Of a stretch of 64,000 nt of DNA, positions 38,142-49,451 are shown one piece after another. The first letter of the stretch is position 1; each line of letters begins with the position of its first letter. Origin of the DNA: an uncultured Candidatus Saccharibacteria bacterium (GTDB taxonomy: Bacteria > Patescibacteriota > Minisyncoccia > Phycocordibacterales > CALRHW01); contig CAYOUG010000001.1 of NCBI GenBank assembly GCA_964407105.1, positions 8,059 to 72,058 on the forward strand, read 5' to 3'. The position numbers were made by a program, and so were the translations under genes. The notes beneath the pieces are model-generated. The model ran no database searches and was not told the DNA's origin. It saw only the letters and a list, made by a program, of their open reading frames with translations.

Positions 38142-39044
38142 TTATCTACTATCCTTCATCCCACGCAAAATTTCAATACGTTCTGCTACTGGTGGATGTG
38201 TCATAAAAAGTTTTGAGAATCCACCTTTTGAGAGAGCACCGAAAGGATTCATGATAAAAAGATGAGCTGTGGCATTGTGTGCATGAGTAAGAGGAATGGC
38301 TTGTGATGTACGTGAAATTTTTTCAAGCGCTGATGCGAGTCCTTCTGGATAACGTGTGAGTAAGGCGCCAGACGCGTCAGCAAGAAATTCTCTTTTGCGC
38401 GATATGGCAAGACGAATAATAAGTGCAACAATTGGCGCAAGTATCGCAAGCACAACTCCAATAATTACAAAAATTCCGCCACCAGAATTATTGTTTCTAT
38501 TTCGTCCACCAAACATAAGTGATCGCAAAAAGAAATCTGACGCAAGAGAAACAACTCCAGCCAAAACCACAATCAAAGTAGAAAGAAGCATGTCGCGATT
38601 GCCTATGTGTGAAAGTTCATGAGCAATGACACCCTCTAGCTCGGTGCGATTTAAAATTGTAAGAAGGCCGGTGGTCACTGCCACCACCGCATGTTCTTTA
38701 TTGCGTCCAGTTGCAAAAGCATTGGGTGATTGATCTTCAATAATATAAAGCTTTGGCATCGGCAAACCAGCAGTAATCGCCAAATTTTCTACGACATTCC
38801 ACAAGTCTCGGTGCGACTCACGTGTTGCTGGATGTGCTTTGTGAAGCGAAAGTACGAGTTTGTCTGACCACCAATACGCACCAATATTCATAATCACACT
38901 AAAAATTACTGCGAATACTAAAATTGCAGAATTGTTGTAAGCGACAGAAAAAACATAACCAAGAGCAATAATCAACACAAAAAAACTTGCCATAAAAAGC
39001 CACGTCTTAAAAATATTTTCGCTTTGGTGTTTGTAGATGTTCAT
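38142..39044 (-). CDS. htpX: protease HtpX (M48 zinc metalloprotease)
   Basis: 300 aa; HELSHIGNRD zinc motif; TM helices. Confidence 0.9.
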   Translation of the reverse strand: MNIYKHQSENIFKTWLFMASFFVLIIALGYVFSVAYNNSAILVFAVIFSVIMNIGAYWWSDKLVLSLHKAHPATRESHRDLWNVVENLAITAGLPMPKLYIIEDQSPNAFATGRNKEHAVVAVTTGLLTILNRTELEGVIAHELSHIGNRDMLLSTLIVVLAGVVSLASDFFLRSLMFGGRNRNNNSGGGIFVIIGVVLAILAPIVALIIRLAISRKREFLADASGALLTRYPEGLASALEKISRTSQAIPLTHAHNATAHLFIMNPFGALSKGGFSKLFMTHPPVAERIEILRGMKDSR

Positions 39045-39052
39045 AAGGTTGT

Positions 39053-39170
39053 GAAATTCGTTTTAATAGTATGTTCGGAGGGGGTCTCGAGCGCGACGGC
39101 GCGAGAGCTTCAGGATTTTTTAAGCTTCAAAAAATCCGTACCCGGAGAACATACTATTAAAACGAATTTT
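39053..39170. repeat. nested-hairpin intergenic element, family 2-like divergent copy D
   Basis: About 27-bp arms (aaattcgttttaatagtatgttcgg / ccggagaacatactattaaaacgaattt). GC-rich core contains ctcgagcgcgacggcgcgagag, related to the cgccgtcgcgcctgcgcgag core of copy C. Lies downstream of lemA. Confidence 0.6.
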
Positions 39171-39176
39171 TATCAA

Positions 39177-39725
39177 CTAAAACTTCACCGCCACAGGCTC
39201 TTGCGCCACCGCATCGTCTGGGAGATCAAAAAATTCCATTTTTGAGAATTTAAACATTCCAGCAATAATATTTCCAGGAAATGATTCTATGCCGGTGTTG
39301 AGATCACGCACGTTTGTATTGTAAAAACGTCGCGCTGCTTGAATTTTGTTTTCTGTATCTGAAAGCTCACGCTGAAGCTCAAGAAAATTTTGGTTTGCTT
39401 TTAGATCTGGATACGCTTCTGAAATTGCAAAAATACTTTTAAGTGCACCTGTGAGCATATTTTCCGCCTTTCCTTTTTCTTCTATATTCCCTGCGCCCAT
39501 TGCGTTTGCACGAGCTTTTGTAACATTTTCAAACGCAGAACTTTCGTGAGTTGCATAACCCTTGACCGTCTCAACAAGATTTGGAATGAGATCGTAGCGA
39601 CGCTTGAGTTGTACCTCAATATCTGACCACGCTTCCTTTGCACGATTGATAAGTCGCACAAAACTGTTGTAAGAGAAAATGAACCAAAGAACAACAACTG
39701 CGACAATAATGAGTAAAATGTACAT
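39177..39725 (-). CDS. lemA: LemA family protein
   Basis: 182 aa; N-terminal TM helix; LemA signature (NRAKEAWSDIEVQLKRRYDLIPNLVETVKGY). Confidence 0.85.
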   Translation of the reverse strand: MYILLIIVAVVVLWFIFSYNSFVRLINRAKEAWSDIEVQLKRRYDLIPNLVETVKGYATHESSAFENVTKARANAMGAGNIEEKGKAENMLTGALKSIFAISEAYPDLKANQNFLELQRELSDTENKIQAARRFYNTNVRDLNTGIESFPGNIIAGMFKFSKMEFFDLPDDAVAQEPVAVKF

Positions 39726-39789
39726 ATTTTTATGATTAAATAATTAGGAACACATTATACCACAATTTTACTGGGTAAGTGTAAACGAT

Positions 39790-41466
<1,677 letters not shown>

Positions 41467-41526
41467 TTATGTGGTTTATTTCGCGCCGATTTTTTCCGGT
41501 CGTTTTTTTCGCGACATCCGCGTCAG

Positions 41527-41931
41527 TTATTTATTAATAATCGCCAAAATACTTTCTTCTTTTAAAATATAAAATTCTTTGCTATCGAGTGTAACGTCAT
41601 CAAAACCGTATTTTGAAAAAAGTACAATATCACCAACCTTAACCTTTACTGGTATAAGTTTGCCGTCGTTATAATGTCCTGGACCCACGGCCACCACCTC
41701 CCCTTGCTCAGGTTTTTCTTTTTGCACTGTTTCAGGAATGATAATACCGAAACTATTTGGCTTCGCTATTTCTTCCGCACTAAAAGGCCGCACAAGCACA
41801 CGGTCGCCAAGTGGCATGATGGGGTGTTTGAAAGATGGTGCAACAGGCTTTGTAACAGGTCGAGCTGCTGGTCGTGCGGGGGCTTTTTTCACACTCTTTT
41901 TCAAAATTTTCTGTTTCTTTTTTATAGCCAT
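41527..41931 (-). CDS. groES: co-chaperonin GroES with a Lys/Pro-rich N-terminal extension
   Basis: GroES core PLGDRVLVRP...GIIIPE...GEVVAVGPG...VKVGDIVLF. The start is ambiguous between MAIKKKQK and MPLGDRV. Confidence 0.75.
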   Translation of the reverse strand: MAIKKKQKILKKSVKKAPARPAARPVTKPVAPSFKHPIMPLGDRVLVRPFSAEEIAKPNSFGIIIPETVQKEKPEQGEVVAVGPGHYNDGKLIPVKVKVGDIVLFSKYGFDDVTLDSKEFYILKEESILAIINK

Positions 41932-42072
41932 AGATATATCTTTAGGGTAATTATTAATTAGGGTAAATACAATATTATCTGAAGACGATTTGGAGTCAAT
42001 ATTTAGAGATAAAATCTGTTTGTTATCGTGGGGGGGCGCAATGTAATAAATACTTTTAAACATGTTGTGTTA

Positions 42073-42149
42073 CTGGAGCGGTATGAAATATGCTTTTGAG
42101 CGAGTTAGCAAAGCGCTTTAGCGAGAAAGCATATTTCACACCGCTCCAG
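42073..42149. repeat. hairpin element family 1 copy (longest arms)
   Basis: Arms ctggagcggtatgaaatatgcttt/aaagcatatttcacaccgctccag flank the core tgagcgagttagcaaagcgctttagcgag. Lies between the divergent groES and secG. Confidence 0.7.
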
Positions 42150-42173
42150 CCAATCAGATTTGCAATATTTCTC

Positions 42174-42431
42174 ATGGTTTGTATAATACTTGGAATGAGT
42201 ATTGTCGCTTCTATATTACCGTATACACAGGTTGTGTTGTCTATAGTTCTAATCGCCCTGATTCTCTTGCAGAGATCAGAAGCTGGCCTTGGTGGTGCTT
42301 TTGGTGGTGGCGACGGCTTTAGCTCTGGATTTCACACAAAACGAGGCCTAGAAAAGACCTTATTCATAGGAACAATTATTGTTGCTCTACTTTTTGTTAC
42401 CTCGACATTCTTTTCACTCTTTGTACGATAA
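42174..42431 (+). CDS. secG: preprotein translocase subunit SecG
   Basis: Start at MVCIILGMSIV; LLQRSEAGLGGAFGGG signature; two TM helices. The ORF-track N-terminus is a translation of the hairpin repeat and is rejected. Confidence 0.75.
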   Translation: MVCIILGMSIVASILPYTQVVLSIVLIALILLQRSEAGLGGAFGGGDGFSSGFHTKRGLEKTLFIGTIIVALLFVTSTFFSLFVR

Positions 42432-42486
42432 AACACAACACTCAATATATTAAATTTCTGGTTATTTTATTTGACCTTATATTCAT

Positions 42487-44205
42487 ATGATATCTCATAA
42501 TCGGGCAGACGCTCCTATTCCAAAAAAAATTGCATTAGCAATAAAAACATTCTCTTTTACAGAAAAAATAATTTTTTTCTTGTTTTTTGTTGTGTTTGTT
42601 ATAAGCGGCCTACTTATTATCTGGGGTATAAATAAATATTTTCTTGTTGATGTGCCAAGCAAAGGAGGTTCTCTTGTAGAAGGCATTGTGGGTTCTCCAA
42701 GATTTATAAACCCACTTCTTGCTGTCTCTGATGCAGACAAAGATCTTTCTTCACTCATTTATTCTGGTCTTTTAAAAGCAACCTCGGGGGGCGTTCTCAT
42801 AAACGATTTAAGCAAAGAATACAGTATTTCAGAAAATGGACTTGAATACACCGTCACATTAAAAGATGATGTGCATTTTCATGATGGTGAACCAATCACC
42901 GCAGACGATATTGTGTTTACAGTAAAACGAGCACAGGATAGTAGTTTAAAAAGTCCACGTCGTTTAAATTGGGTTGATGTTATGGTAGAAAAAATTAATG
43001 AAAAGCAGATAAAATTTATTCTCAAACAACCATATTCTCCGTTCATAGAAAATCTTACACTCGGAATTTTACCAGAACATATTTGGAAAAATTTAGATGC
43101 TGATCAATTTTCAGCTAGTCTTTTTAACACCGAACCAATAGGTTCTGGTCCGTACAAACTTAAAAAAGTAAAAAGAAATTCTGGGGGACTTCCAATACTA
43201 TACGAGCTTACCCCTTTTGATAAATACACACTCGGCGAAACTTATATAGAACATCTGACCCTGCGTTTTTATACCAATGAAGACGATCTCATCGAAGCAT
43301 ACACTGGTGGTTATGTAGAAAGTATCAACGGCGTTCCACCACAACGTATCGATAATATTCTTAAAAAGGGTACGGTGGTAGCCACATCACCGCTTCCTCG
43401 CGTGTTTGGTTTGTTTTTTAATCAAAACCAAGCTCCAGTTTTTGTAAATAAAGAAGTAAGAACGGCATTAAATATGTCACTTGATAAAGAACGTATTGTA
43501 CGAGAAGTTCTTCGTGGATACGGTAGCGTATTAAATGGTCCTGTTTTACTTGATAAATCCGCAAAAGCGACATCAACATTTTCTGGTATAGATTCAGCAA
43601 TTGCTCTGCTTACAAAAAATGGTTGGACACTAAATGAAAAAACTGGAGTGATGGAAAAAAAGATAAAAAACGATATAACACCTCTTTCTTTTTCTATAGC
43701 CACAGGTAATGCTCCAGAGCTAAAACAAACCGCACTAATAATGCAAGAAGAATGGAAAAAAATTGGCGCAGATGTGAATATAAAAGTATTTGAAACAAGT
43801 AATCTAAACCAAGATATTATTCGTCCACGTAAATATGATGCGTTACTTTTTGGAGAAGTCACTGGTCGCGACCTTGATCTTTTTCCTTTTTGGCATTCAT
43901 CTCAACGCAACGATCCTGGTTTAAATATTTCAATGTATGTAAATAGCAAAGCAGACAAACTTTTAGAAGAGATGCGATCTACAACCGATGCAACAATAAA
44001 AAAAGAAAAATATCTTGCGTTTGAATCACTTGTTGCCGAAGATATACCAGCAATATTTACATACTCGCCAGATTTTATTTATCTTGTGCCAACAAAAATT
44101 AAAAATCTTACTCTCGGAAATATTACAGCACCATCAGAACGATTTATGAATATTGACGAATGGTATGTACAAACGAATAAAGTATGGAAAATATTTGTAA
44201 AATAA
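42487..44205 (+). CDS. extracellular solute-binding protein, family 5 (peptide/nickel ABC-type SBP)
   Basis: 572 aa; N-terminal TM anchor; SBP_bac_5-like regions. No adjacent permease or ATPase genes. Confidence 0.75.
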   Translation: MISHNRADAPIPKKIALAIKTFSFTEKIIFFLFFVVFVISGLLIIWGINKYFLVDVPSKGGSLVEGIVGSPRFINPLLAVSDADKDLSSLIYSGLLKATSGGVLINDLSKEYSISENGLEYTVTLKDDVHFHDGEPITADDIVFTVKRAQDSSLKSPRRLNWVDVMVEKINEKQIKFILKQPYSPFIENLTLGILPEHIWKNLDADQFSASLFNTEPIGSGPYKLKKVKRNSGGLPILYELTPFDKYTLGETYIEHLTLRFYTNEDDLIEAYTGGYVESINGVPPQRIDNILKKGTVVATSPLPRVFGLFFNQNQAPVFVNKEVRTALNMSLDKERIVREVLRGYGSVLNGPVLLDKSAKATSTFSGIDSAIALLTKNGWTLNEKTGVMEKKIKNDITPLSFSIATGNAPELKQTALIMQEEWKKIGADVNIKVFETSNLNQDIIRPRKYDALLFGEVTGRDLDLFPFWHSSQRNDPGLNISMYVNSKADKLLEEMRSTTDATIKKEKYLAFESLVAEDIPAIFTYSPDFIYLVPTKIKNLTLGNITAPSERFMNIDEWYVQTNKVWKIFVK

Positions 44206-44232
44206 AATTAATTAAAAAAACAAAAATATATT

Positions 44233-46164
44233 ATGAAAGATGCATTTGAAGCGCAAACATCAAACAGCGCTATAGAAAAAGGTCCGATACAAACAGTCGG
44301 GCCAACAAAAGAAAATTCACCACAAAACCCAGCTGGTGAAGCACAAAGAAACAACAGCCGAGGAACTCGCCGACCAAACTCTTCTGGTATGGGACGTGGT
44401 GGTGGACATCGACGTATGGGCGGTATGCGACGCGACAGCTCCCCTCTTCGTGTAGCAAAAAAACAAGAAGACACCATTCCACCAATCGGTGAGAGTGTGC
44501 GTATTATTCCACTTGGAGGAGTAGAAGAAGTTGGAAAAAACATGACAGCAATTGAATACAAGGACGATATTATCGTTCTTGATATGGGTTTTGGTTTCAG
44601 TGAAGAAAACACACCGGGTGTAGACTACATTTTGCCAAATTCAAAATACTTAGAAGACAATAAACACAAAATTAAAGCCGTGGTTATCACTCACGGACAT
44701 CTCGACCATATCGGTGGAATTCCATACATCATGCCTAGAATAGGTAATCCGCCAATGTACACCCGAGAACTGACATCGATTATGATCAGAAAGCGACAAG
44801 AAGAATTTGCTCATCTGCCACCGCTAGATATTCGTGTTGTGGAAAAAGACGATCATATTCGCATCGGTAATTTACCTGTACGCTTTTTTGCAGTTACTCA
44901 CACCATTCCAGATTCAATGGGAGTAATCATTGAAACTCCTTACGGCTCTATCGTAAACGCAGGTGATCCAAAACTCGACCATGACGACGGCGTTCCTACA
45001 GACGCTGAACAAAACGAGTACAAAAAATTTGAAAAAGAAAAGGTACTTCTTTTTATGAACGATTCAACAAACGTTGAAAACCCAGGCTGGTCTACTCCCG
45101 AAAAACTCGTACATAAAAACCTTGAAGAAATCATAAAAAATATAAAAGGGAGAATAATTATTGGTACTTTTGCTTCCCAACTTGAACGTATCATTAAAAT
45201 TATCGAGATTGCAGAAATGTATGGCAAAAAAGTGGCGGTAGAAGGCCGAAGCATGAAAACCAACATTGAAGTAGCAAGACTTGCTAAAATGCTCAATGTT
45301 AAAAAAGAAACCATGATCCCTATTGAGGACGTGGAAAAATATCCGCCAGACAAAATCGTAATACTTGCCACTGGTGCTCAAGGTGAAGAGTTTGCCGCAC
45401 TTATGCGTATGGCAAACAAAACTCACAAAAATTTCCGCATCAACAAACGTGATACGGTTTTGCTTTCATCTTCAATCATTCCAGGTAACGAACGCACAGT
45501 ACAAAAACTAAAAGATAATATTGCTAGACAAGGTGCAAAAATAATTCACTATCGTACATCAGATGTGTATATTCATTCCACCGGTCACGGCAACAGAGCA
45601 GAATTAGAGTGGATGTTCAAAAAAATCAATCCAAAATTTTTCATGCCAATTCACGGCAATCACTACATGCTTCGTCTACATGCACAAACTATCGAAGCTC
45701 TTGGAATGCCAGAAGATCACATCATCATTCCTGACAACGGTTCTATTATCGAAATTCAAGAAGAAGGAACAAAACTTGTTCGTCTAAAAGAATCAGCTCC
45801 AAGCGGAATGATGATGGTGGATGGATTTTCTATCGGTGATATGCAAGAAGTGGTAATACGCGACCGAAAAATGCTTGCCGAAGATGGAATGTTTGTCATT
45901 ATCGCAAGTGTTAATTTAAAAACTGGAAAACTCAGAAAATCTCCCGATATTATTTCTCGAGGATTTGTGTATTTACGTGAATCTCAAGATCTTCTTCAAG
46001 ACGCACGACATATTATTAAAAAAAGTGTCGAGGACACAACGGTTGGAATGAACCCTATCAACTTTGATTACGTAAAAGCAAACATTACCGACGTGGTGAC
46101 TCGTTTTCTCTTTCAGAAAACCGCAAAAAAGCCTATTGTTATTCCTGTAGTGCTTGGAATGTAA
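44233..46164 (+). CDS. rnj: ribonuclease J (beta-CASP metallo-beta-lactamase) with Arg/Gly-rich N-terminal extension
   Basis: 643 aa; HGHLDHIGG motif and beta-CASP region; N-terminal ~85-aa RG-rich segment. Confidence 0.9.
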   Translation: MKDAFEAQTSNSAIEKGPIQTVGPTKENSPQNPAGEAQRNNSRGTRRPNSSGMGRGGGHRRMGGMRRDSSPLRVAKKQEDTIPPIGESVRIIPLGGVEEVGKNMTAIEYKDDIIVLDMGFGFSEENTPGVDYILPNSKYLEDNKHKIKAVVITHGHLDHIGGIPYIMPRIGNPPMYTRELTSIMIRKRQEEFAHLPPLDIRVVEKDDHIRIGNLPVRFFAVTHTIPDSMGVIIETPYGSIVNAGDPKLDHDDGVPTDAEQNEYKKFEKEKVLLFMNDSTNVENPGWSTPEKLVHKNLEEIIKNIKGRIIIGTFASQLERIIKIIEIAEMYGKKVAVEGRSMKTNIEVARLAKMLNVKKETMIPIEDVEKYPPDKIVILATGAQGEEFAALMRMANKTHKNFRINKRDTVLLSSSIIPGNERTVQKLKDNIARQGAKIIHYRTSDVYIHSTGHGNRAELEWMFKKINPKFFMPIHGNHYMLRLHAQTIEALGMPEDHIIIPDNGSIIEIQEEGTKLVRLKESAPSGMMMVDGFSIGDMQEVVIRDRKMLAEDGMFVIIASVNLKTGKLRKSPDIISRGFVYLRESQDLLQDARHIIKKSVEDTTVGMNPINFDYVKANITDVVTRFLFQKTAKKPIVIPVVLGM

Positions 46165-46193
46165 AGGAATACTCAAAAATAGATTACAAAAAA

Positions 46194-46230
46194 GCCCCCG
46201 CGACCGAAGTCGGGGGGGCGTTTGTTCTAC
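46194..46230. terminator. bidirectional Rho-independent terminator (gcccccgcgaccgaagtcgggggggc)
   Basis: GC hairpin with T-run on the plus side (end of rnj) and on the minus side (end of the GC-rich gene pair). Confidence 0.6.
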
Positions 46231-46275
46231 ACGACGCAACCGTCGTCTAGAACTCTCTGTTTTGTTGACTAGTCG

Positions 46276-46869
46276 TCAGTCCTCAGCCTGCGGCTTGGGC
46301 TTAGGCTTCGGTGCTGGCGTCGGTGGTGGTCCAGGTGGTGGACCGCCGCCAACCCAGAAACAAGTGCTGGCTGTGAGAGCGTCGCACTTTGTGCCATTGG
46401 TGCACATTGTCGTTGTGCAACCGAACGTGACACCGTCATGGCAATCACATGGTTGCATGAGCACAACGACCGTGCCTCCGGGTGCAGGCATCGAGACTCC
46501 ACCGATTGCTCCGGCGACAATCACGTTGTCGCCAAGGTCGATGTTGTACTCAAACACCTGCACGCCGTTTGGCAAGATTCCGAGTGTGCCAAACACCGAG
46601 ACAACCATTCCGCTGGAAGTGGGAACAGCTGTGTAGGAAAACTTGTTTCCTACAACGGTTTGTGTGACGACGAATTCTTGTTCGCCGACAACAACCGTGA
46701 TGTTTCCGCTCACATGAGCGACGGAAACATCCTCGAACGGCAATTCAAAGGAAGCCGTTTTTCCCGTCATCGCCTTGGCGATATCAAAGCCGTTTCCAGC
46801 AAACGCTGGAACGGTGGGGATCGCCATTGCAACAAGCAAGGCGACAAGGCTCATCATTTTCCTGATCAT
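46276..46869 (-). CDS. hypothetical secreted protein, Cys-rich, with C-terminal Pro/Lys-rich tail (GC-rich island)
   Basis: 197 aa; signal peptide MIRKMMSLVALLVAMAIPTVPAFA; C-terminus ...GGGPPPGPPPTPAPKPKPKPQAED. About 55% GC versus a ~37% background. Confidence 0.5.
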   Translation of the reverse strand: MIRKMMSLVALLVAMAIPTVPAFAGNGFDIAKAMTGKTASFELPFEDVSVAHVSGNITVVVGEQEFVVTQTVVGNKFSYTAVPTSSGMVVSVFGTLGILPNGVQVFEYNIDLGDNVIVAGAIGGVSMPAPGGTVVVLMQPCDCHDGVTFGCTTTMCTNGTKCDALTASTCFWVGGGPPPGPPPTPAPKPKPKPQAED

Positions 46870-46937
46870 TACTCACTCCTTTGTTTGGAGTTTTCCCGAC
46901 CGAAAAAAAACGCAATCCCCTCTCTAAATCAGTAGTT

Positions 46938-47954
46938 TCAATCTGTTTTTCGCGCGGTCACCTCCATGGTTTGTGTTGGAACGAGATGAGAGTATTTGTA
47001 GCTGTACCTGTCGAACAGGTAATTTTGCCACGGCGTATACGGTGGCTCTGGCCATCGTACGTCGTTTGTGCGTTCAATTTCCCACCGAAGAATCAAAAAC
47101 GTTTTTGTGTCGATGTACATGTGGTCGTTTCTGACCGTCCATGACCGACGCGCACTGCCTCTCATCTTGCCCTCAGATCCTTCGTCCTGAGTAGCAACGT
47201 GGTAAACCTCCTTTCCGTCAAGCGTTTCTAGAGTAACAACTGATGTTCGACCAATTGTATCCATGAAAGCTTTGGCCTGAGAACTCCTATCGAGCCATGT
47301 GTTATGGAACTGTCCAATAGCACACACCGCCGCAGGAATTTCATCCGTAAGACAAGGCTGTGTTTTTAGATTCACATCACCAAACCCATGTGGATCTGGA
47401 GCTGGATATGAATCTGAGAAGTAGCCAACTTGCCCTGGTGTGTCATACCAGTTTGTTTCAGTGCACTCCCCGTCCTTGAGACTGAGGATGAGCTGTGGTT
47501 TATCAGCAGAAGTCTTCCGCATTTTGGTGCTGAAAGATTTTCTACCCATATCCGCACTTATTGAAACATGAGATGTGATAACACCAGGAAGGGTTGCTAC
47601 CGCGACACGAGGATTGAGCATCTCTCGCACCTGTCCCTCAGCAAGCTGGGGGGTTTGTACATAAGAGATCTCTAGCGTGGCTTCAAAAGCCAGTGAATCG
47701 AGAGAAGCATAGGCTTCCCCGACCTTTTTTGCAATTTCCTCCACGGTTGGAAGCGGAATTGAAATTGGCTTTGCCGACGTTTCGGGGGTTCCGATCGAAG
47801 CTTTCGCTTCGCTCGGAACTGTTTCTTCAGTCGCCACAACCAATGCCATACTGGCGGTAGTTGCGACAAGCATCAGAAGCGCGGTCCAAACAAGCGTTAG
47901 ACTTTTCACGGAATCCACCTTTCTTGAAAATTTAGAGTAGGAAAAAAACGGCAC
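46938..47954 (-). CDS. hypothetical secreted protein (possible LolA/RseB-like fold), GC-rich island
   Basis: 338 aa; N-terminal TM/signal; no confident family. Lies upstream of, and on the same strand as, the 197-aa secreted protein. Confidence 0.45.
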   Translation of the reverse strand: MPFFSYSKFSRKVDSVKSLTLVWTALLMLVATTASMALVVATEETVPSEAKASIGTPETSAKPISIPLPTVEEIAKKVGEAYASLDSLAFEATLEISYVQTPQLAEGQVREMLNPRVAVATLPGVITSHVSISADMGRKSFSTKMRKTSADKPQLILSLKDGECTETNWYDTPGQVGYFSDSYPAPDPHGFGDVNLKTQPCLTDEIPAAVCAIGQFHNTWLDRSSQAKAFMDTIGRTSVVTLETLDGKEVYHVATQDEGSEGKMRGSARRSWTVRNDHMYIDTKTFLILRWEIERTNDVRWPEPPYTPWQNYLFDRYSYKYSHLVPTQTMEVTARKTD

Positions 47955-48077
47955 CTCTATCTAGAACTGTCAACATGACAGAGAGCTATCTGCTTCAATC
48001 GTATAACTTTCTTTTATGTGTGTCAATGGCCATTACAATCCACATATATTTACAGCCATTTTTGCTATACTTACCTC

Positions 48078-49274
48078 ATGGTAAATTCTCTTTCAAAACC
48101 AGAAATTCATCAAAAAGCGCTGTCTATAATATATCTATCCAACCTTCTTCTTTCTTTTCATTACTTCCTAATCCTCTATATACATTCTTCATTTTTAAGT
48201 ATCTATGTAAACGCTTCACAGCTCGCTCTACTTTTTGTGGCTGGATCTATTTTAAATCTTTTTATTTTTTTAAATATTCCACACATTCTTGAACGTATCG
48301 GAAATTATAAATTTACTTTGTGGGCAATTATTTTTGAGGGTCTAGCAATAACGGGTATGGCTTTGGGTACATCTGCATGGACGATTAGTATGGCATTTAT
48401 TCTTCATCAAGCTGTTATTTCAATGATACTTTTTGGACTCGATATTTTTCTTGAAGGTACTGTAAAAAATGAAGCACACACCGGCACAATTCGTGGCATC
48501 TATCTCACACTTTCAAATCTCACTTTGGTGTTTTCACCTCTTATTGCGGGCATTTTAATTGCAAATAGTAATTTCAAAAAGGTTTATTTTATTTCTCTTA
48601 TTTTGCTTGTGCCACTGTTTCTACTTGTACAGAGAAATTTGAAACACGCGGCTTATAAATATAAAGATGGTGTACGCATCACAACAACTTATCTTATTGC
48701 TAGAAAAAATAAAGATGTTCGGGGTGTGTTGTATGCACACTTTATGCTTCAATTTTTCTACGCGTGGATGGTTATTTATGTGCCAATTTTCCTTCACCAA
48801 CATATTGGATTTGATTGGAAAGAAATCGGAGTAATTTTTACTGTTATGCTTTTACCATTTCTTCTTTTTGAACTTCCAATAGGACGTCTGGCTGACAAAA
48901 AATTCGGCGAAAAAGAAATCATGCTTGTTGGCTTTGTGATTATGGCTGTTTCAACATTTTATATTCCATTAATTTCAAGTACTCATATATTGGTATGGGC
49001 TGTTGTATTATTTCTTACTCGAGTTGGCGCAAGTTTTGTAGAAATCACTTCAGAAAGTTATTTTTTTAAACATGTAAATGAAAAAAATCCCGGATTGATT
49101 AGTTTGTTTCGAATGGCACGACCACTTGCATACATTACCGCCCCCGCCGTTGTAACTGGATCTATTGCTGTTTTTGGTTTAGAAAATGATTTGTATGCTT
49201 ATATTTTTCCTATTCTTTCTGTGTTTATGTTTTTAGGAATGAGATATGCTCTCTCTATCACTGACACCAAATAA
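48078..49274 (+). CDS. MFS transporter
   Basis: About 12 TM helices. Start taken at MVNSLSKPEI; an upstream in-frame start at 48018 is possible. Confidence 0.7.
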   Translation: MVNSLSKPEIHQKALSIIYLSNLLLSFHYFLILYIHSSFLSIYVNASQLALLFVAGSILNLFIFLNIPHILERIGNYKFTLWAIIFEGLAITGMALGTSAWTISMAFILHQAVISMILFGLDIFLEGTVKNEAHTGTIRGIYLTLSNLTLVFSPLIAGILIANSNFKKVYFISLILLVPLFLLVQRNLKHAAYKYKDGVRITTTYLIARKNKDVRGVLYAHFMLQFFYAWMVIYVPIFLHQHIGFDWKEIGVIFTVMLLPFLLFELPIGRLADKKFGEKEIMLVGFVIMAVSTFYIPLISSTHILVWAVVLFLTRVGASFVEITSESYFFKHVNEKNPGLISLFRMARPLAYITAPAVVTGSIAVFGLENDLYAYIFPILSVFMFLGMRYALSITDTK

Positions 49275-49406
49275 CACACTTTGAAATATTGTGCAATATG
49301 TTGATAACTCTTTACAAAAAGATAAATTAAGGAGTAATATTGTAGATGGATCGAGTGCGCCTCTCCCGCTAACCCAAAAATAGGCCACTCCTTCTGCATC
49401 TCTTCT

Positions 49407-49445
49407 CCACCCAGGGCGACATACAGCCCTGGGTATATTTTTGTT
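49407..49445 (+). terminator. Rho-independent terminator after the MFS gene
   Basis: cccagggcgacatacagccctggg followed by tatattttt. Confidence 0.55.
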
Positions 49446-49451
49446 TAAATT

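Noticed and set aside
42090-42173. SecG N-terminal extension MLLSELAKRFSEKAYFTPLQPIRFAIFL
   Set aside because: It is a translation of the family-1 hairpin repeat. The SecG homology starts at MVCIILGMS.
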